From Bacillota bacterium (GTDB lineage: Bacteria; Bacillota; Clostridia; Christensenellales; SZUA-584), in assembly GCA_023460085.1 (NCBI GenBank), contig JAEWRI010000023.1, positions 69,412 to 133,411 on the forward strand: a stretch of 64,000 bases of DNA. The letters run 5' to 3'. Shown here piece by piece: positions 46,714-57,991 of the stretch; the first letter of the stretch is position 1; each line of letters starts with the position of its first letter. The position numbers were made by a program, and so were the translations under genes. The notes under the pieces were generated by a model. The model was not told the origin of the DNA. It saw only the letters and a program-made list of their open reading frames with translations, and did no database searches.

Positions 46714-48609
46714 CTAATCCTCCAGCCTGTAGTTCCTCGTATGTATCCCCAGCGGCGCAAACAGACGCCCGCCGGCTTCGTAAAACTTGGAGTAAAACTC
46801 GATATACTGCAGCCTCGCGGTGTGTACAAAAGCGCCGAGCGTATTGATGGCGATGTTGAACACGTGCCCGATGGTCATGACGATGGCGCCCGCGATGTAA
46901 CCCGCAACGCTGCCGAAGAACAGCCCGGCAATGGTGTTGAATACCATCGCGATGACCGACGTCGCCAGACCCATCGCGAAAATACGCGCATACGAGAGCA
47001 CATCGCTCAGGTATCCTGTCACGCCATACAGCCCGCCCAGCCAGCCGACGATGGCTTTGAGCGGATTTTTCTTCTGGCGCAGCTGTGCGACCAGCAGCAT
47101 CACCACGCCCGCCAGTATCAGCCAGGTGCCGATGGTCCCCATAATGCCGCCCAGCAGCAGCAGCACCGCGCCGATGATCACAAACATCCACGACATACTG
47201 CCGAAAATGCCGTCCCATAGCTGACCGCTCTTGATGCTGGCGTACACGCCCATACCCAGCCCGAACAGCAGATGCACCACGCCTATCCCGAGGCACAGCA
47301 TCAGCATCTCCATCGCGTCGTCCAGCGGGCTCAGCACCGCGGGTATGCCCGGTATGCTGAATATCGTGCCAAAGAAGAGGCCCCAGAGTGCCGTCGAAAT
47401 GCCGCAGATCATCAGCACGGTCGTAATCTGGCGGAACATGCCGGTGGGCTTTTTCAGCCGCAGCACCAGATACGCGCCCAGCGTCAGTATGATGCCATAC
47501 GCGAAATCGCCTATCATTGCCCCGAATATAAAGAAGTAGAATATCGACATCACGAAGTTGGGGTCCACCCCTTTGGACGACGGTGCCGAATACAGGTTGG
47601 TCACCGCCTCGAAGGGCGTGACGAGCCGTTTGTTTGCCGCCACCGTAGGCGGCAGCTCGTCCTCCGCGGGCTCGCTGAAGGTGATATAGGCCTCGGGCGC
47701 GGCATCCCTCAGCGCCTTCTCGATGGCGTCCTGATGCTCCGCGATGATCCAGCCTCTCAGCATGAAAGCCGCGTCCGTTTCCCCCAGCTTTTCGATGCTG
47801 CGCTCCCGCTCGATTTCGTTGGCGAGATAATCCTCCGCCGCCTGCAGCGTCAGCTTGTCCTCCACGAACTTCTTGGCCTTCTCCTCGTGCTCCGCCGCTT
47901 CGCTGTCGATGGCCTCGCATTCGCCGTGGAAGTCGTAGATGAGATCCTTCGGCGTACCGTACAGATCCTTGGTATAGGCTTCCGAAAAGCCGATGTACTT
48001 GAGCTCCCCCGTCAGCTTTTCCGCAATCTCCAGCGGCATCACGACGTATACCGCCATGCGGGCCTTGCTGACCATCTCGAAGTACGCCTGATCCGCATAG
48101 GTTTCCGCGATCTGCTCGTACTTCTCCGCCGCCGATCCCGGAATGGTGCCCAGCAGCGACGTGGTGTACCGGCCTGTGCCCACGCTTTCGAGCGGGGCGT
48201 CAAATGCCTCGAAGGGTTCCAGCTGCGCGATGCGCGACGCCAGCCGCTGTCTGCGGCTCTTGAGCGCGTTCATCTCCTCGGAGAATTGCTGTATGCGCCC
48301 TACCGCCGCGTCCGCCTCGGCCAGACGCTCGCTGACTTTTTTGAGCTCGCTCCGCGATATCGCGGGCTTGGCCGTCAGAAAGCCGGTTTTGGTTTCGTCG
48401 TATTTTTTGATAAGCGAAAGCGACGCCTGAACATCGGCCAGCCGATCTTCCAACGCGGACAGCCCTTCCGGCGCGCGCGCGGCACGCAGCTCCTCCTCGC
48501 CCGTGGGCGTCAGCTCTACCGCGCCCATGTCCTGCAGCGTTCTCATCACAACCGCCCTGGAGGAGGCGTGCGCGATGAGCGTCAGTTTTTTCATCTGCAA
48601 CAGCGCCAT
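46714..48609 (-). CDS. ntpI: V-type ATP synthase subunit I (a-like stator)
   Basis: 631 aa. Soluble N-terminal half plus a polytopic C-terminal half with a conserved Arg region (ARLQYIEF). Confidence 0.9.
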   Translation of the reverse strand: MALLQMKKLTLIAHASSRAVVMRTLQDMGAVELTPTGEEELRAARAPEGLSALEDRLADVQASLSLIKKYDETKTGFLTAKPAISRSELKKVSERLAEADAAVGRIQQFSEEMNALKSRRQRLASRIAQLEPFEAFDAPLESVGTGRYTTSLLGTIPGSAAEKYEQIAETYADQAYFEMVSKARMAVYVVMPLEIAEKLTGELKYIGFSEAYTKDLYGTPKDLIYDFHGECEAIDSEAAEHEEKAKKFVEDKLTLQAAEDYLANEIERERSIEKLGETDAAFMLRGWIIAEHQDAIEKALRDAAPEAYITFSEPAEDELPPTVAANKRLVTPFEAVTNLYSAPSSKGVDPNFVMSIFYFFIFGAMIGDFAYGIILTLGAYLVLRLKKPTGMFRQITTVLMICGISTALWGLFFGTIFSIPGIPAVLSPLDDAMEMLMLCLGIGVVHLLFGLGMGVYASIKSGQLWDGIFGSMSWMFVIIGAVLLLLGGIMGTIGTWLILAGVVMLLVAQLRQKKNPLKAIVGWLGGLYGVTGYLSDVLSYARIFAMGLATSVIAMVFNTIAGLFFGSVAGYIAGAIVMTIGHVFNIAINTLGAFVHTARLQYIEFYSKFYEAGGRLFAPLGIHTRNYRLED

Positions 48610-48610
48610 G

Positions 48611-48919
48611 TTACTGCAATATCCTCTCCAAAACCGCTTTCGCGGCGCGCTTGAGGCGATCTTCGCCGCCGCTCAGTGCGTCCAGCTTCGCCAGCCGCTC
48701 CGCCTGCCGCTCTTCCAGCCTGCCCTGAGACGCCTGCTGCGCCTCGGCAACCGCCTTCGCCATATCCGCCTTGGCCTTCCCGATACGCTGCTCGCGGTAT
48801 GCCGCGTTCTCCTGCTCCGCCAGTTTGACAGCCTCTCTGGCCGAAGCCAGCGCAACGCGGCGCGTTTCCAGTGCCGCTTCCTCCGCTGTTCTTACCTGTT
48901 CGAGTACTTCCAGCGCCAT
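48611..48919 (-). CDS. ntpF: V-type ATP synthase peripheral-stalk subunit (G/H-like)
   Basis: 102-aa Ala/Glu/Arg-rich helical protein, first in the operon. Confidence 0.55.
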   Translation of the reverse strand: MALEVLEQVRTAEEAALETRRVALASAREAVKLAEQENAAYREQRIGKAKADMAKAVAEAQQASQGRLEERQAERLAKLDALSGGEDRLKRAAKAVLERILQ

Positions 48920-48931
48920 ATCCGTTCCTCT

Positions 48932-49573
<642 letters not shown>

Positions 49574-49598
49574 TCATTTATAAAAATAGGAAGACAGA

Positions 49599-50042
49599 TC
49601 ACCTGTCCTCCAACTTCATGATCTTCTCCACGCGGTTTGCATGGCGCGCTTCCCCGGAGAAGGGTGTGGACAAAAACGCGTCCACAATCTCCAGCGCAAG
49701 GCCCGGACCGACCACGCGGCCTCCCAGCGCCAGTATCTGCGCGTCGTTGTGCAGCCGTGCCATCTTCGCCGAAAACACATCGCCGCACAGTGCGCAGCGG
49801 ATTCCCCGTATCTTGTTGGCCGAAATCGAGATGCCGATGCCCGTGCCGCAAATCAATATGCCCAGATCGGCGTCTCCGGCAAGCACCGCTTCGCAGACCG
49901 GAACCGCGTTATCCGGATAATCGCTCGCGCACGTGTCATAGACGCCGCAATCTTTCAGCGTATAACCGCTTTTCTGAAGGTGTGTGATGATCGCGCTCTT
50001 CAGTTCAAAACCGCCATGATCGCTTCCCAATGCTATCGTCAT
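49599..50042 (-). CDS. rpiB: ribose-5-phosphate isomerase B
   Basis: MTIALGSDHGGFELK and the CGTGIGISI motif. Start chosen at the conserved MTIA. Confidence 0.9.
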   Translation of the reverse strand: MTIALGSDHGGFELKSAIITHLQKSGYTLKDCGVYDTCASDYPDNAVPVCEAVLAGDADLGILICGTGIGISISANKIRGIRCALCGDVFSAKMARLHNDAQILALGGRVVGPGLALEIVDAFLSTPFSGEARHANRVEKIMKLEDR

Positions 50043-50247
50043 GCTGTAAATATCCTCCGTCGTTTCGGCGAGCACCGTGGCTGCCAGCACTCATTATAAC
50101 CTATAAGGGTATGTATTTGGAATACCTTATTTTCAGGAAGCGTGAACGAAATTTCGCGGCGGCGCGAAAAAGGTGCGCCGGACAATTGTCACGCCCCCCG
50201 CGCTGTGTTAGGATATCCTTTATAAAGCGGCGAAAGAGGAATAAAAA

Positions 50248-51351
50248 ATGCGCGATCAAAGACTGCAACAGCTGGCGAAAACCCTGCTGGAGCACAGCCT
50301 CCACGTGGAAAAAGGCGAAAAGCTGCTGATAGAAACCACCGTGGCCGCGAAACCCCTGGTTCAGGAGATCATCGCGCTGGCGTACGAAAAAGGCCTGCTG
50401 CCTTTTGTGAGGCTTTCCGACGAGGAAGTGCGGCACTGGCTGCTGAAGGGCTCCGACGAAGAGCGGCAGCGCATCGAAGCGTCCTGGGATATCCAGGCGA
50501 TGACCGACGCCGACGCGTACATCCAGATCACCGCGGAGCAAAACGACGCGGAGTCCATCAGCATCCGCCCCGACATCATGCAGATGCGCGCGCGCATCCG
50601 CAAGCCGTGGTCGGATCTCGTGCTCAACCACCGCAAATGGGTGCTAATAAACTGGCCGACCGTCGGGCAGGCGCAAAAGGCACGCATGCCGTATTCGGAT
50701 TTCTGCGACTTCATCATCGACACGAGCTGCGTGGATTACGCCGCGATGGGCCGCCGCATGCAGCCGCTGTGCGCGCTGATGGCGAAAACCGACGCCGTAC
50801 ACATCAAGGGACCGGGAACCGATCTGCGCTTCTCCATCAAGGGCATACCCATCGTGCCGTGCGCGGGGGAAAACAACATCCCGGACGGCGAGGTATTCAC
50901 CGCGCCCGTGAAGGACTCCGTGGAGGGCACGCTCACCTACAACACGCCCAGCCCGTACCACGGCAAGGTCTACAACAAGGTCAGCCTGGAGTTCAGCAAG
51001 GGCCGCATCGTGCGCGCCTCGGCAGAGCAGGACTCGCAGGCGCTGAACGCCATATTCGATACCGACGAGGGTGCGCGCTACGTGGGTGAATTCGCGCTGG
51101 GCGTCAACCCGCGCATCACCCGCGCATTCTGCAACACGCTCTTCGATGAGAAAATCATGGGCTCATTCCACTTCACGCCGGGCATGGCGTATGAGAACGA
51201 CGCCGACAACGGCAACCGCAGCGCCATCCACTGGGATATGGTCTGCATCCAGACCCCCGAAATGGGCGGCGGCGAAATCTGGTTCGACGACGTGCTCATC
51301 CGCAAGGATGGTTTGTTCGTGTTGGAGGAATTGAAACCGCTGAACCCGTAA
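50248..51351 (+). CDS. aminopeptidase (M29/PepS-AmpS family)
   Basis: 367 aa. Motifs include NIPDGEVFTAP and HWDMV. Confidence 0.8.
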   Translation: MRDQRLQQLAKTLLEHSLHVEKGEKLLIETTVAAKPLVQEIIALAYEKGLLPFVRLSDEEVRHWLLKGSDEERQRIEASWDIQAMTDADAYIQITAEQNDAESISIRPDIMQMRARIRKPWSDLVLNHRKWVLINWPTVGQAQKARMPYSDFCDFIIDTSCVDYAAMGRRMQPLCALMAKTDAVHIKGPGTDLRFSIKGIPIVPCAGENNIPDGEVFTAPVKDSVEGTLTYNTPSPYHGKVYNKVSLEFSKGRIVRASAEQDSQALNAIFDTDEGARYVGEFALGVNPRITRAFCNTLFDEKIMGSFHFTPGMAYENDADNGNRSAIHWDMVCIQTPEMGGGEIWFDDVLIRKDGLFVLEELKPLNP

Positions 51352-51383
51352 ATCTGGGTATCTGCAAGATTGCATTTCCGGAT

Positions 51384-51860
51384 TCAGGGTGAGCCGTAGT
51401 ACTCTCTGCGATACGTCCTGCCCGTGAAATCATAAAAGTCCTGAAAAGGTGTTCCGTCCTCGTAGTCCCACACCGCGATGCGAACGGGGCTTATTTCGTA
51501 TACGCGCTCGTTCTCCAGCAAAGAGTACTTCCGATACGAGCCCTCATAGTGCTTGCGGTACAGCGCGAGGAAGCGGCGGTTCGCTTCGTCCAGCGGATGC
51601 CCTGTCTCCCGGCAGCCGCCCTCAATCTGATAATTGGAATGGCAAAGCGCCACGTTGGGGTTGGCCGCCATCTGCTTCGCCTTGGTCATCGTGATGTCCG
51701 TCTGGAAATAGAATTTCTGATCAAATATGATGCAGCTCATGGAGCGCGCTGTGACCAGCCCGCCTTCGGCGGTAGCCAGCACCATGATGCGGTGCTCGCC
51801 CAGCCCCCGGAACAGCGCCTCCGCCTTTTGCGCAAACACGGTCTCATCCCCGCTTTGCAT
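51384..51860 (-). CDS. pyridoxamine 5'-phosphate oxidase-family (FMN-binding split barrel) protein
   Basis: The pattern VLATAEGG...ARSMSCIIFDQKFYFQTD is typical. Start chosen at MQSGDE; the track ORF extends to 51947. Confidence 0.6.
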   Translation of the reverse strand: MQSGDETVFAQKAEALFRGLGEHRIMVLATAEGGLVTARSMSCIIFDQKFYFQTDITMTKAKQMAANPNVALCHSNYQIEGGCRETGHPLDEANRRFLALYRKHYEGSYRKYSLLENERVYEISPVRIAVWDYEDGTPFQDFYDFTGRTYRREYYGSP

Positions 51861-52509
51861 CGGTAAACCCTCCGTCGGCCTCCTTCGCGCGCGCAAAGGT
51901 GAGCAGAAACACGCTGTCCGCGCCCGCCTTGATGAGCGCCTGCGCACAGGCTGCCGCCGTTGCGCCGGTGGTCAGCACATCGTCCACGAGCAGCACGCGG
52001 CCCGAAACCGGCTCCGCGGGCGCAAACGCGTCTCGCACGTTCTCCTGCCGCTGCTGCCGGTTCAGCTTTGTCTGCGTCGGCGTATTGCGCGTGCGCTGCG
52101 CGCCCCGCACAAAGGGAATGCGCAGCTCTTCCGCGATGCGCCTTGCCAGCAGCTCCGACTGGTCGAAGCCGCGCTTCCGGCGGCGCTTTGGGTGCAGCGG
52201 CACCGGGCACACCGCGTCGAAGCGGCCGATACACCGCGCGGCGCAGGCCAGCCTGCCGCCCATAAAGCGGCTGAGCCAGCGTTTGTCCTCGTATTTATAG
52301 CCGCGCACGATGCGCGCCGCGAGGCCGTCGTACCAATAGAGCGCATATGCGGAGAAACCCGGTGCCTCCGCGCTTCCGGCCTCCAGCTCGCCCAGCGCCT
52401 CCGCGCACTTCGGGCAAAGGCTGTCCACGGCGCCCTTCTCCGCGCCGCAGCCCACGCACGCCGGTATGTACGGAAACATCGCGTCCAGCAGCCTCGTCAT
52501 TATGCCCAT
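51844..52509 (-). CDS. comFC: ComF-family protein (ComFC, phosphoribosyltransferase-like with N-terminal zinc finger)
   Basis: CxxC...CxxC N-terminus and PRT motif VLLVDDVLTTGAT. Confidence 0.85.
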   Translation of the reverse strand: MGIMTRLLDAMFPYIPACVGCGAEKGAVDSLCPKCAEALGELEAGSAEAPGFSAYALYWYDGLAARIVRGYKYEDKRWLSRFMGGRLACAARCIGRFDAVCPVPLHPKRRRKRGFDQSELLARRIAEELRIPFVRGAQRTRNTPTQTKLNRQQRQENVRDAFAPAEPVSGRVLLVDDVLTTGATAAACAQALIKAGADSVFLLTFARAKEADGGFTDAKRG

Positions 52510-54734
52510 CCCGGCACCCCCATTACTTCGCCGATTTCGCGCAGCTCGTGGTCCAGCGTGGTATAGCGCCCCAAAATCCGGTTGTTGGCCACCATGGCCT
52601 CCACGCTCTCCCTGCGCCCGATGATGACCACCTTCTCCATGGCACGCGTCAGCGCGGTGTAGAGCAGGTTGCGCGACAGGAAGCGCCCGCCGCCCGAAAG
52701 CAGCGGGAGGATGATCACGGGGAATTCGCTGCCCTGTGATTTATGCACCGTCACCGCGTAGGCGTGCTCTATCTGCTCCAGCTCCGGATAGGCATACGCC
52801 GCGTCGCGGCTGCCGTCGAAGCGGATGGTCACTTCCTTCGCGTCGGTGTCGACGCGCACGATGCGCCCCAGGTCGCCGTTGAACACGCCGGTACCGCGGT
52901 TGTAAAGCTGCATGCCGTCCACATAGTGCCATTCCATGCCGTAGTTGTTGCGCGTCTGCATCACCTTGTCGCCCTCGCGGAACAGCGTGTCGCCCACCTG
53001 CACCTCCGGACGGCTGACCAGCCGCGGGTTCAGCAGCTCCCGCAGCTCCATATTGAGGTTGTATACGCCCAGCAGTCCCTTCTTGACCGGGGACAGTATT
53101 TGCACCTGTTCGAGGATATCGTACTTTTCGGGCAGCTCACCCTGCGTTAAAAGCTTTTTGATCCGGTCAATGACGCCCTCGGGATCGCTCTCCGGCACGA
53201 ATACGAATTCGCCGGTGGAATAGAGCTCCGGAGGCATGCCCTGATTCACACGGTGGGCGTTCTCCACGATGGTGCCGCCTTCGCGCTGGCGGTAGAAGCG
53301 CGTCAGCTGCGCCACGGGGAACAGGCCGCTGCCGATGACGTCGCGCAGCACGTTGCCCGGCCCGACGGAGGGCAGCTGATCCGCGTCGCCCACGATCACC
53401 AGCCGCACGCCGGAGGGCAGCGCGCGCAGCAGCGCCCGCATCAGGAAGATGTCTATCATGGAGGCCTCGTCCACGATGACCGCCTCGGTCTCCAGCGGGT
53501 TGTCCTCGTTGCGGATGAAGCGCGCCTCGTTTTCAAAGCTGTCGTCCTCGCCCACGCCGTATTCCAGCAGCCGGTGAATGGTGCTGGCGGCCCGCCCCGT
53601 GGACTGCTCGATGCGCTTGGCGGCCCGTCCCGTGGGCGCGCACAGCGACGTGGTGACGCCGCTCTGCTCGAATATGGACATGATGGCCTTGATGATGGTG
53701 GTCTTGCCCGTGCCGGGGCCGCCTGTGATCACCGATACCTGCGCGGACAGTGCCATCAGCACGGCGCGTTCCTGCTCCTCGGAAAGCTCCACGCCGCCGA
53801 CATAGCGCTCGTACGCCGCCGCCGCGTCCCGTATGGGCACGCGCGGCGCGCAGCGGGACAGCAGGTACAGCCGCTGGGCGATGTCGTTCTCGGTGATGTA
53901 AGCCATCATATGATATACGGCGGGGGTGTTCTTCACGAATTTCTGAGCGATCTGCTCGGAGAGCGTCATCGAAGCCACGCGCGCCTCCACCAGCGCTTCC
54001 GAAACGCCCAGCATCAGCGAAGCGCGGCGCAGCAGCTCGTAGCGCGGCAGGCAGGTATGCCCCTCGTTCATCGCGGTCAGTAGCTCGTGCCTTATTCCCA
54101 TATCGATGCGGTAATCGGAGGCAGGCTCCACGCCGATGGCGGAGGCAATCTTGTCGGCGCGCTCGAAGCCGATGCCCGCGATGTCGTCGATCATGCGGTA
54201 GGGGTTCTCGCGGATCAGCGCCGCCGCCGCCGCGCCGTAACGCTCGAACGCGCGAAACGCCTGCCGCACCGAAAGCCCGATGCCCTGTAAATCGATGATG
54301 ATCTGCTTAACGCCCACGTGTTCCATGAAGCTCTCGTGGATGCTCTCCGCCAGCTTTTTGCTGACGCCGCGCACATCCGCGAGCTCCTCCGGGCTGTTCT
54401 CTATGATGTCGAAGGTATCCGTATCAAACCGGTCCACAATGCGCCCGGCCAGCCCCTCGCCCACGCCCTTGATGAGGCCGCTGGAAAGAAACAGCTTGAT
54501 GGACTCCGCGGTGTTGGGCAGGCGCGTCTCGACCGCGGTCACGGAGAACTGCCGCCCGTACATCCGGTGCTCCGTCCACGCGCCGAAAAGGCGCACAAAC
54601 TCGCCCTCGTGGATGTGCGGCATGCAGCCCACGGCGGTGGTCATCTCGCCGGAAAAGTCGATGCTCAGCACCGTCCAACCGTTCTCGTCGTTACGGAACG
54701 TTAACTCCAGTACAGTGCCTTCAATGCTGGTCAT
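52500..54734 (-). CDS. recD2: SF1B RecD2-type ATP-dependent DNA helicase
   Basis: Walker A GGPGTGKTT. Also has DEASMI and the VHKSQGSEF motif. Start at MTSIEG follows GAGGG. Confidence 0.85.
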   Translation of the reverse strand: MTSIEGTVLELTFRNDENGWTVLSIDFSGEMTTAVGCMPHIHEGEFVRLFGAWTEHRMYGRQFSVTAVETRLPNTAESIKLFLSSGLIKGVGEGLAGRIVDRFDTDTFDIIENSPEELADVRGVSKKLAESIHESFMEHVGVKQIIIDLQGIGLSVRQAFRAFERYGAAAAALIRENPYRMIDDIAGIGFERADKIASAIGVEPASDYRIDMGIRHELLTAMNEGHTCLPRYELLRRASLMLGVSEALVEARVASMTLSEQIAQKFVKNTPAVYHMMAYITENDIAQRLYLLSRCAPRVPIRDAAAAYERYVGGVELSEEQERAVLMALSAQVSVITGGPGTGKTTIIKAIMSIFEQSGVTTSLCAPTGRAAKRIEQSTGRAASTIHRLLEYGVGEDDSFENEARFIRNEDNPLETEAVIVDEASMIDIFLMRALLRALPSGVRLVIVGDADQLPSVGPGNVLRDVIGSGLFPVAQLTRFYRQREGGTIVENAHRVNQGMPPELYSTGEFVFVPESDPEGVIDRIKKLLTQGELPEKYDILEQVQILSPVKKGLLGVYNLNMELRELLNPRLVSRPEVQVGDTLFREGDKVMQTRNNYGMEWHYVDGMQLYNRGTGVFNGDLGRIVRVDTDAKEVTIRFDGSRDAAYAYPELEQIEHAYAVTVHKSQGSEFPVIILPLLSGGGRFLSRNLLYTALTRAMEKVVIIGRRESVEAMVANNRILGRYTTLDHELREIGEVMGVPGWA

Positions 54735-54842
54735 AGACACCCTCAAACATATGTACGCTTTTTTATATTGTACCACAGACAACGCATATTGTGTAAAGGA
54801 AATGCCGCTGTATAAACTACCTTCCGCGCATGTGCGATTCGC

Positions 54843-56627
54843 CTACTTGCCCTCCGAGATCTTATCCGCAATGTCGTTCAAATACAGCCATCGCTCCATT
54901 TTCCCGTGCAGCTCTTCCTCCAGCGCGGTTTGTTCCTTCAACAATTCCTCCAGCAGCACATAGTTGCTGGTTTCCTTCTCAATCGCCGCTTTCACTTTAT
55001 CCAGCCGCTGCTCGAGATCCGCGATGACGCCGTCGATCGCGGCATACTCCCGCTGTTCGTTGAACGTAAACTTGGCCTTCTTCTGCGGGCTTTCCGTTTC
55101 CTTCACGGCCTTTTTGACGGGCGCTTTTTGCGGCTGCGTTTCTTCGCAATCCCGCAGATACTCCGCATAGCCCCCCGGTACCTGCTTTATCGCGCCGCCG
55201 CCTTGGAACACAAAAATCTTGTCCGCGATCTTATTCAGGAAATATCGGTCGTGCGAAACCGCCACCACCGCTCCGCTGAAGCCCTCCAGATACTCCTCCA
55301 GCACCATCAGCGTCATAATATCCAGATCGTTGGTGGGCTCGTCCAGCAGCAGCACGTTGGGCGCGTCCATGATCGTCCGCAGCAGAAAGAGCCTCCTCCG
55401 CTCTCCGCCGGAGAGCTTGCCTATGGTATTCCATTGCTCGCTGGCCGGAAAGAGAAACTTCTCCAGCATCTGCGACGCCGTAAGCACCCCGTCCGTGGTC
55501 GCCACGTTTTCGGCAACGCCCCGGATATAGTCGATAACGCGCTGCGAGGTGTCCATCTCCTCGCACTCCTGAGAGAAGTAGCCTATCTTCACGGTCTCGC
55601 CTATCTCCACGGTTCCGGTATCCGGGGTTACCTGTCCGCACATCATCTTCAGCAGCGTGGATTTCCCGCAGCCGTTTTTGCCGAGTATGCCGATGCGGTC
55701 GTCCCGCAGCAGCGCATATTCGAAGTCCTTGATGAGCGGGCTGCCGCCGTAGCTTTTGGAGATGCCGTGCAGATAAACGGTCTTCTTTCCCAGCCGTGTG
55801 CTGACGGAGCTTAAGTCCAGCTTTTGGGCAGCCGCCGGGCCTTCCCTTTCGCTCAGCTCGTTAAACCTGTCGATCCGCGCTTTGCTCTTGGTGCTGCGCG
55901 CCCTTGCCCCGCGCTGCATCCATTCCAGCTCTCGCCTCAAAAAGCTTTTGCGCTTTCGCTCCGACCCGATTTCCATCTCCTCGCGCTGCGCCTTCTGCTC
56001 TACAAACGAGGAATAATTGGCGTCATAGCTGTAAAGCGATCCGTTGTCCAGCTCGACGATTTTGTTGGCGACCCTGTCCAAAAAGTAGCGGTCATGCGTG
56101 ACCATCAATATCGCGCCGGTGTACTTGGCCAGATACTTCTCCAGCCATGCCACCATTTCGCTGTCGATATGGTTGGTGGGCTCGTCCAGTATCAGCAGGT
56201 CGCTGGGATGGATCAGCGCGCTGGCGATGGAAACGCGCTTCTTCTCCCCGCCCGACAGCAACCCAACATCCTTGTCAAAGTCGAGAAGCCCGAGCTTTGT
56301 CAATATGGTCTTGGCCTCGTGGTCTTTGCGCTCCTTCACTTCCCTGGACGCACCCTTGAACACCTGCTCCAGTATGGTGGTATCCTCTTCAAAGACCGGG
56401 TTCTGCGGCAGATAGCCCACCCGCAGCCCGCCCGCCCGGGTAACGGTACCTGAATCCGGCAGCTCTTCGCCTGCGATGATTTTCAGCAGCGTCGATTTGC
56501 CTGTGCCATTGATGCCTACGACGCCGGTTTTATCCCCTTCGCTGATATACAGCGAAATATCCTTTATCAGCGCTTTTTCACTGTAGCTTTTTGTGATGCC
56601 AACCGCCGAACACAATACCAAGTGCAT
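54843..56627 (-). CDS. ABC-F family ATPase (Uup/YdiF-like, C-terminal coiled coil)
   Basis: Two ABC cassettes (GINGTGKST, GKNGCGKST; LSGGEKKR, LSGGERRR). No TM domain. Confidence 0.9.
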   Translation of the reverse strand: MHLVLCSAVGITKSYSEKALIKDISLYISEGDKTGVVGINGTGKSTLLKIIAGEELPDSGTVTRAGGLRVGYLPQNPVFEEDTTILEQVFKGASREVKERKDHEAKTILTKLGLLDFDKDVGLLSGGEKKRVSIASALIHPSDLLILDEPTNHIDSEMVAWLEKYLAKYTGAILMVTHDRYFLDRVANKIVELDNGSLYSYDANYSSFVEQKAQREEMEIGSERKRKSFLRRELEWMQRGARARSTKSKARIDRFNELSEREGPAAAQKLDLSSVSTRLGKKTVYLHGISKSYGGSPLIKDFEYALLRDDRIGILGKNGCGKSTLLKMMCGQVTPDTGTVEIGETVKIGYFSQECEEMDTSQRVIDYIRGVAENVATTDGVLTASQMLEKFLFPASEQWNTIGKLSGGERRRLFLLRTIMDAPNVLLLDEPTNDLDIMTLMVLEEYLEGFSGAVVAVSHDRYFLNKIADKIFVFQGGGAIKQVPGGYAEYLRDCEETQPQKAPVKKAVKETESPQKKAKFTFNEQREYAAIDGVIADLEQRLDKVKAAIEKETSNYVLLEELLKEQTALEEELHGKMERWLYLNDIADKISEGK

Positions 56628-56892
56628 TACCCCTTATCGAATGATTGATCGCCAATGCCTGAACCGCCCGATGTCCGCGGAAACCGCGCGATTACGCTGC
56701 CCGTGCAGCGCCGCGTCGCAAACCCTTGGCCACCAGCTTGCGCTGATTATATCATATGGCTGCGTCGGCGTGGGCTTTTTTCGGAAAACTGCGGCTGCCG
56801 ACGGCGCAATTGATAGGCGGCAATCCATATGGTACTATCAATCACGCAATCGTATGCCTTGATGGCATCGGTGCGCGGAAGGAGTATGTGCA

Positions 56893-57084
56893 ATGGATGG
56901 TACGAAAAGAAGCGATATTCACATCGGCGATACGGTGAGGGTGGTGCAAAAGCAGGATCAGGGCAGCGGACGGCTCACGGAAGGCATCGTCAGCCGTATA
57001 CTCACCAACTCGGCGGTACATCCGCACGGCATCAAGGTGATGCTGGAGGGCGGCATCGTCGGCCGGGTAAAGGAAATATGTTAG
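56893..57084 (+). CDS. ywbE: YwbE-family small protein (DUF2196)
   Basis: 63 aa with a GIKVML..G.VGRVKEI pattern. GGAAGGAG RBS. Confidence 0.75.
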   Translation: MDGTKRSDIHIGDTVRVVQKQDQGSGRLTEGIVSRILTNSAVHPHGIKVMLEGGIVGRVKEIC

Positions 57085-57109
57085 GCTGGAACGGCCGCAT
57101 CAGTACCGC

Positions 57110-57991
57110 TTATATTCCTATAAAAGGATTGTTAAATCCAGATTCTGATAAAACGTCTTGTGTTATATCCATCATTTTTTCAACTCGTTGATATTTGATG
57201 ATCGTTTTGCTTACTATTCTTTGTATCAGAATTACGTCTTCAAATCTAATCTTCTTGGTTTTCCCTGAATGAACGTATTCAGATCTAAGAGAATAAAAAT
57301 CCCTTATTTTTTTATAATAATCTTTATAGTCCATAATGTTGCTACTTAAAAAAATTGCAGTGTTTCTTGATACTCTATAGCTGATCTCATTTTTTGAGTC
57401 ATTGCTAAAAAGCATTTCCAATACCGTAATGAGTAATACAATTCTAACTCCATACTCTAGTGAATCAAATGATTGATTATAGATAGAGACTGCTTCTTTT
57501 AATTTTTGTGATGATTTAGTTAAATCAAATATATTAATAAACTCCTGAAATTCGTCTATATCTCCTTCCTCTAAAGAAACTGAATTTTGAGTTCCATGCC
57601 TAGGTTGAGAAGTCATCACTTGACCAGTACAAGTGGTGATTTTGTTGTCACTACAAAATAGAAACATCTCATTAATATAAATATCGGCGGCAGTAAATAA
57701 TCTAATCTTTTGAATTAGATCTAAAGCATACTGATAGGTCAAATTACTAAATTCCAAATAAGTTTGCTCCGTATTACCAAATTTCAAAACTAAAAATTTC
57801 GGTTCTTCTATTTCGGCAGCAACTGAATTTAAAAAATCTTTAAAAGAGTACACATAATTTTCACTTTTATCAAATAACGCCTCTAGCATATATCGGTCCA
57901 ACAATTCAAACCTAACGTTTTCTTCTAATTTTAACTTTGTTAAACGCGAATGCCCATTATTCACGGGTATTAAAAAAAATTGCTTATACAT
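57110..57991 (-). CDS. hypothetical protein with C-terminal HEPN-like (Rx4H) domain, in AT-rich islet
   Basis: The only long ORF in the AT-rich block. RSEYVH is encoded at 57269..57286. The ATG at 57991 follows an extended -10 (TGgTAAAAT). The ORF could extend to a GTG at 58105. Confidence 0.6.
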   Translation of the reverse strand: MYKQFFLIPVNNGHSRLTKLKLEENVRFELLDRYMLEALFDKSENYVYSFKDFLNSVAAEIEEPKFLVLKFGNTEQTYLEFSNLTYQYALDLIQKIRLFTAADIYINEMFLFCSDNKITTCTGQVMTSQPRHGTQNSVSLEEGDIDEFQEFINIFDLTKSSQKLKEAVSIYNQSFDSLEYGVRIVLLITVLEMLFSNDSKNEISYRVSRNTAIFLSSNIMDYKDYYKKIRDFYSLRSEYVHSGKTKKIRFEDVILIQRIVSKTIIKYQRVEKMMDITQDVLSESGFNNPFIGI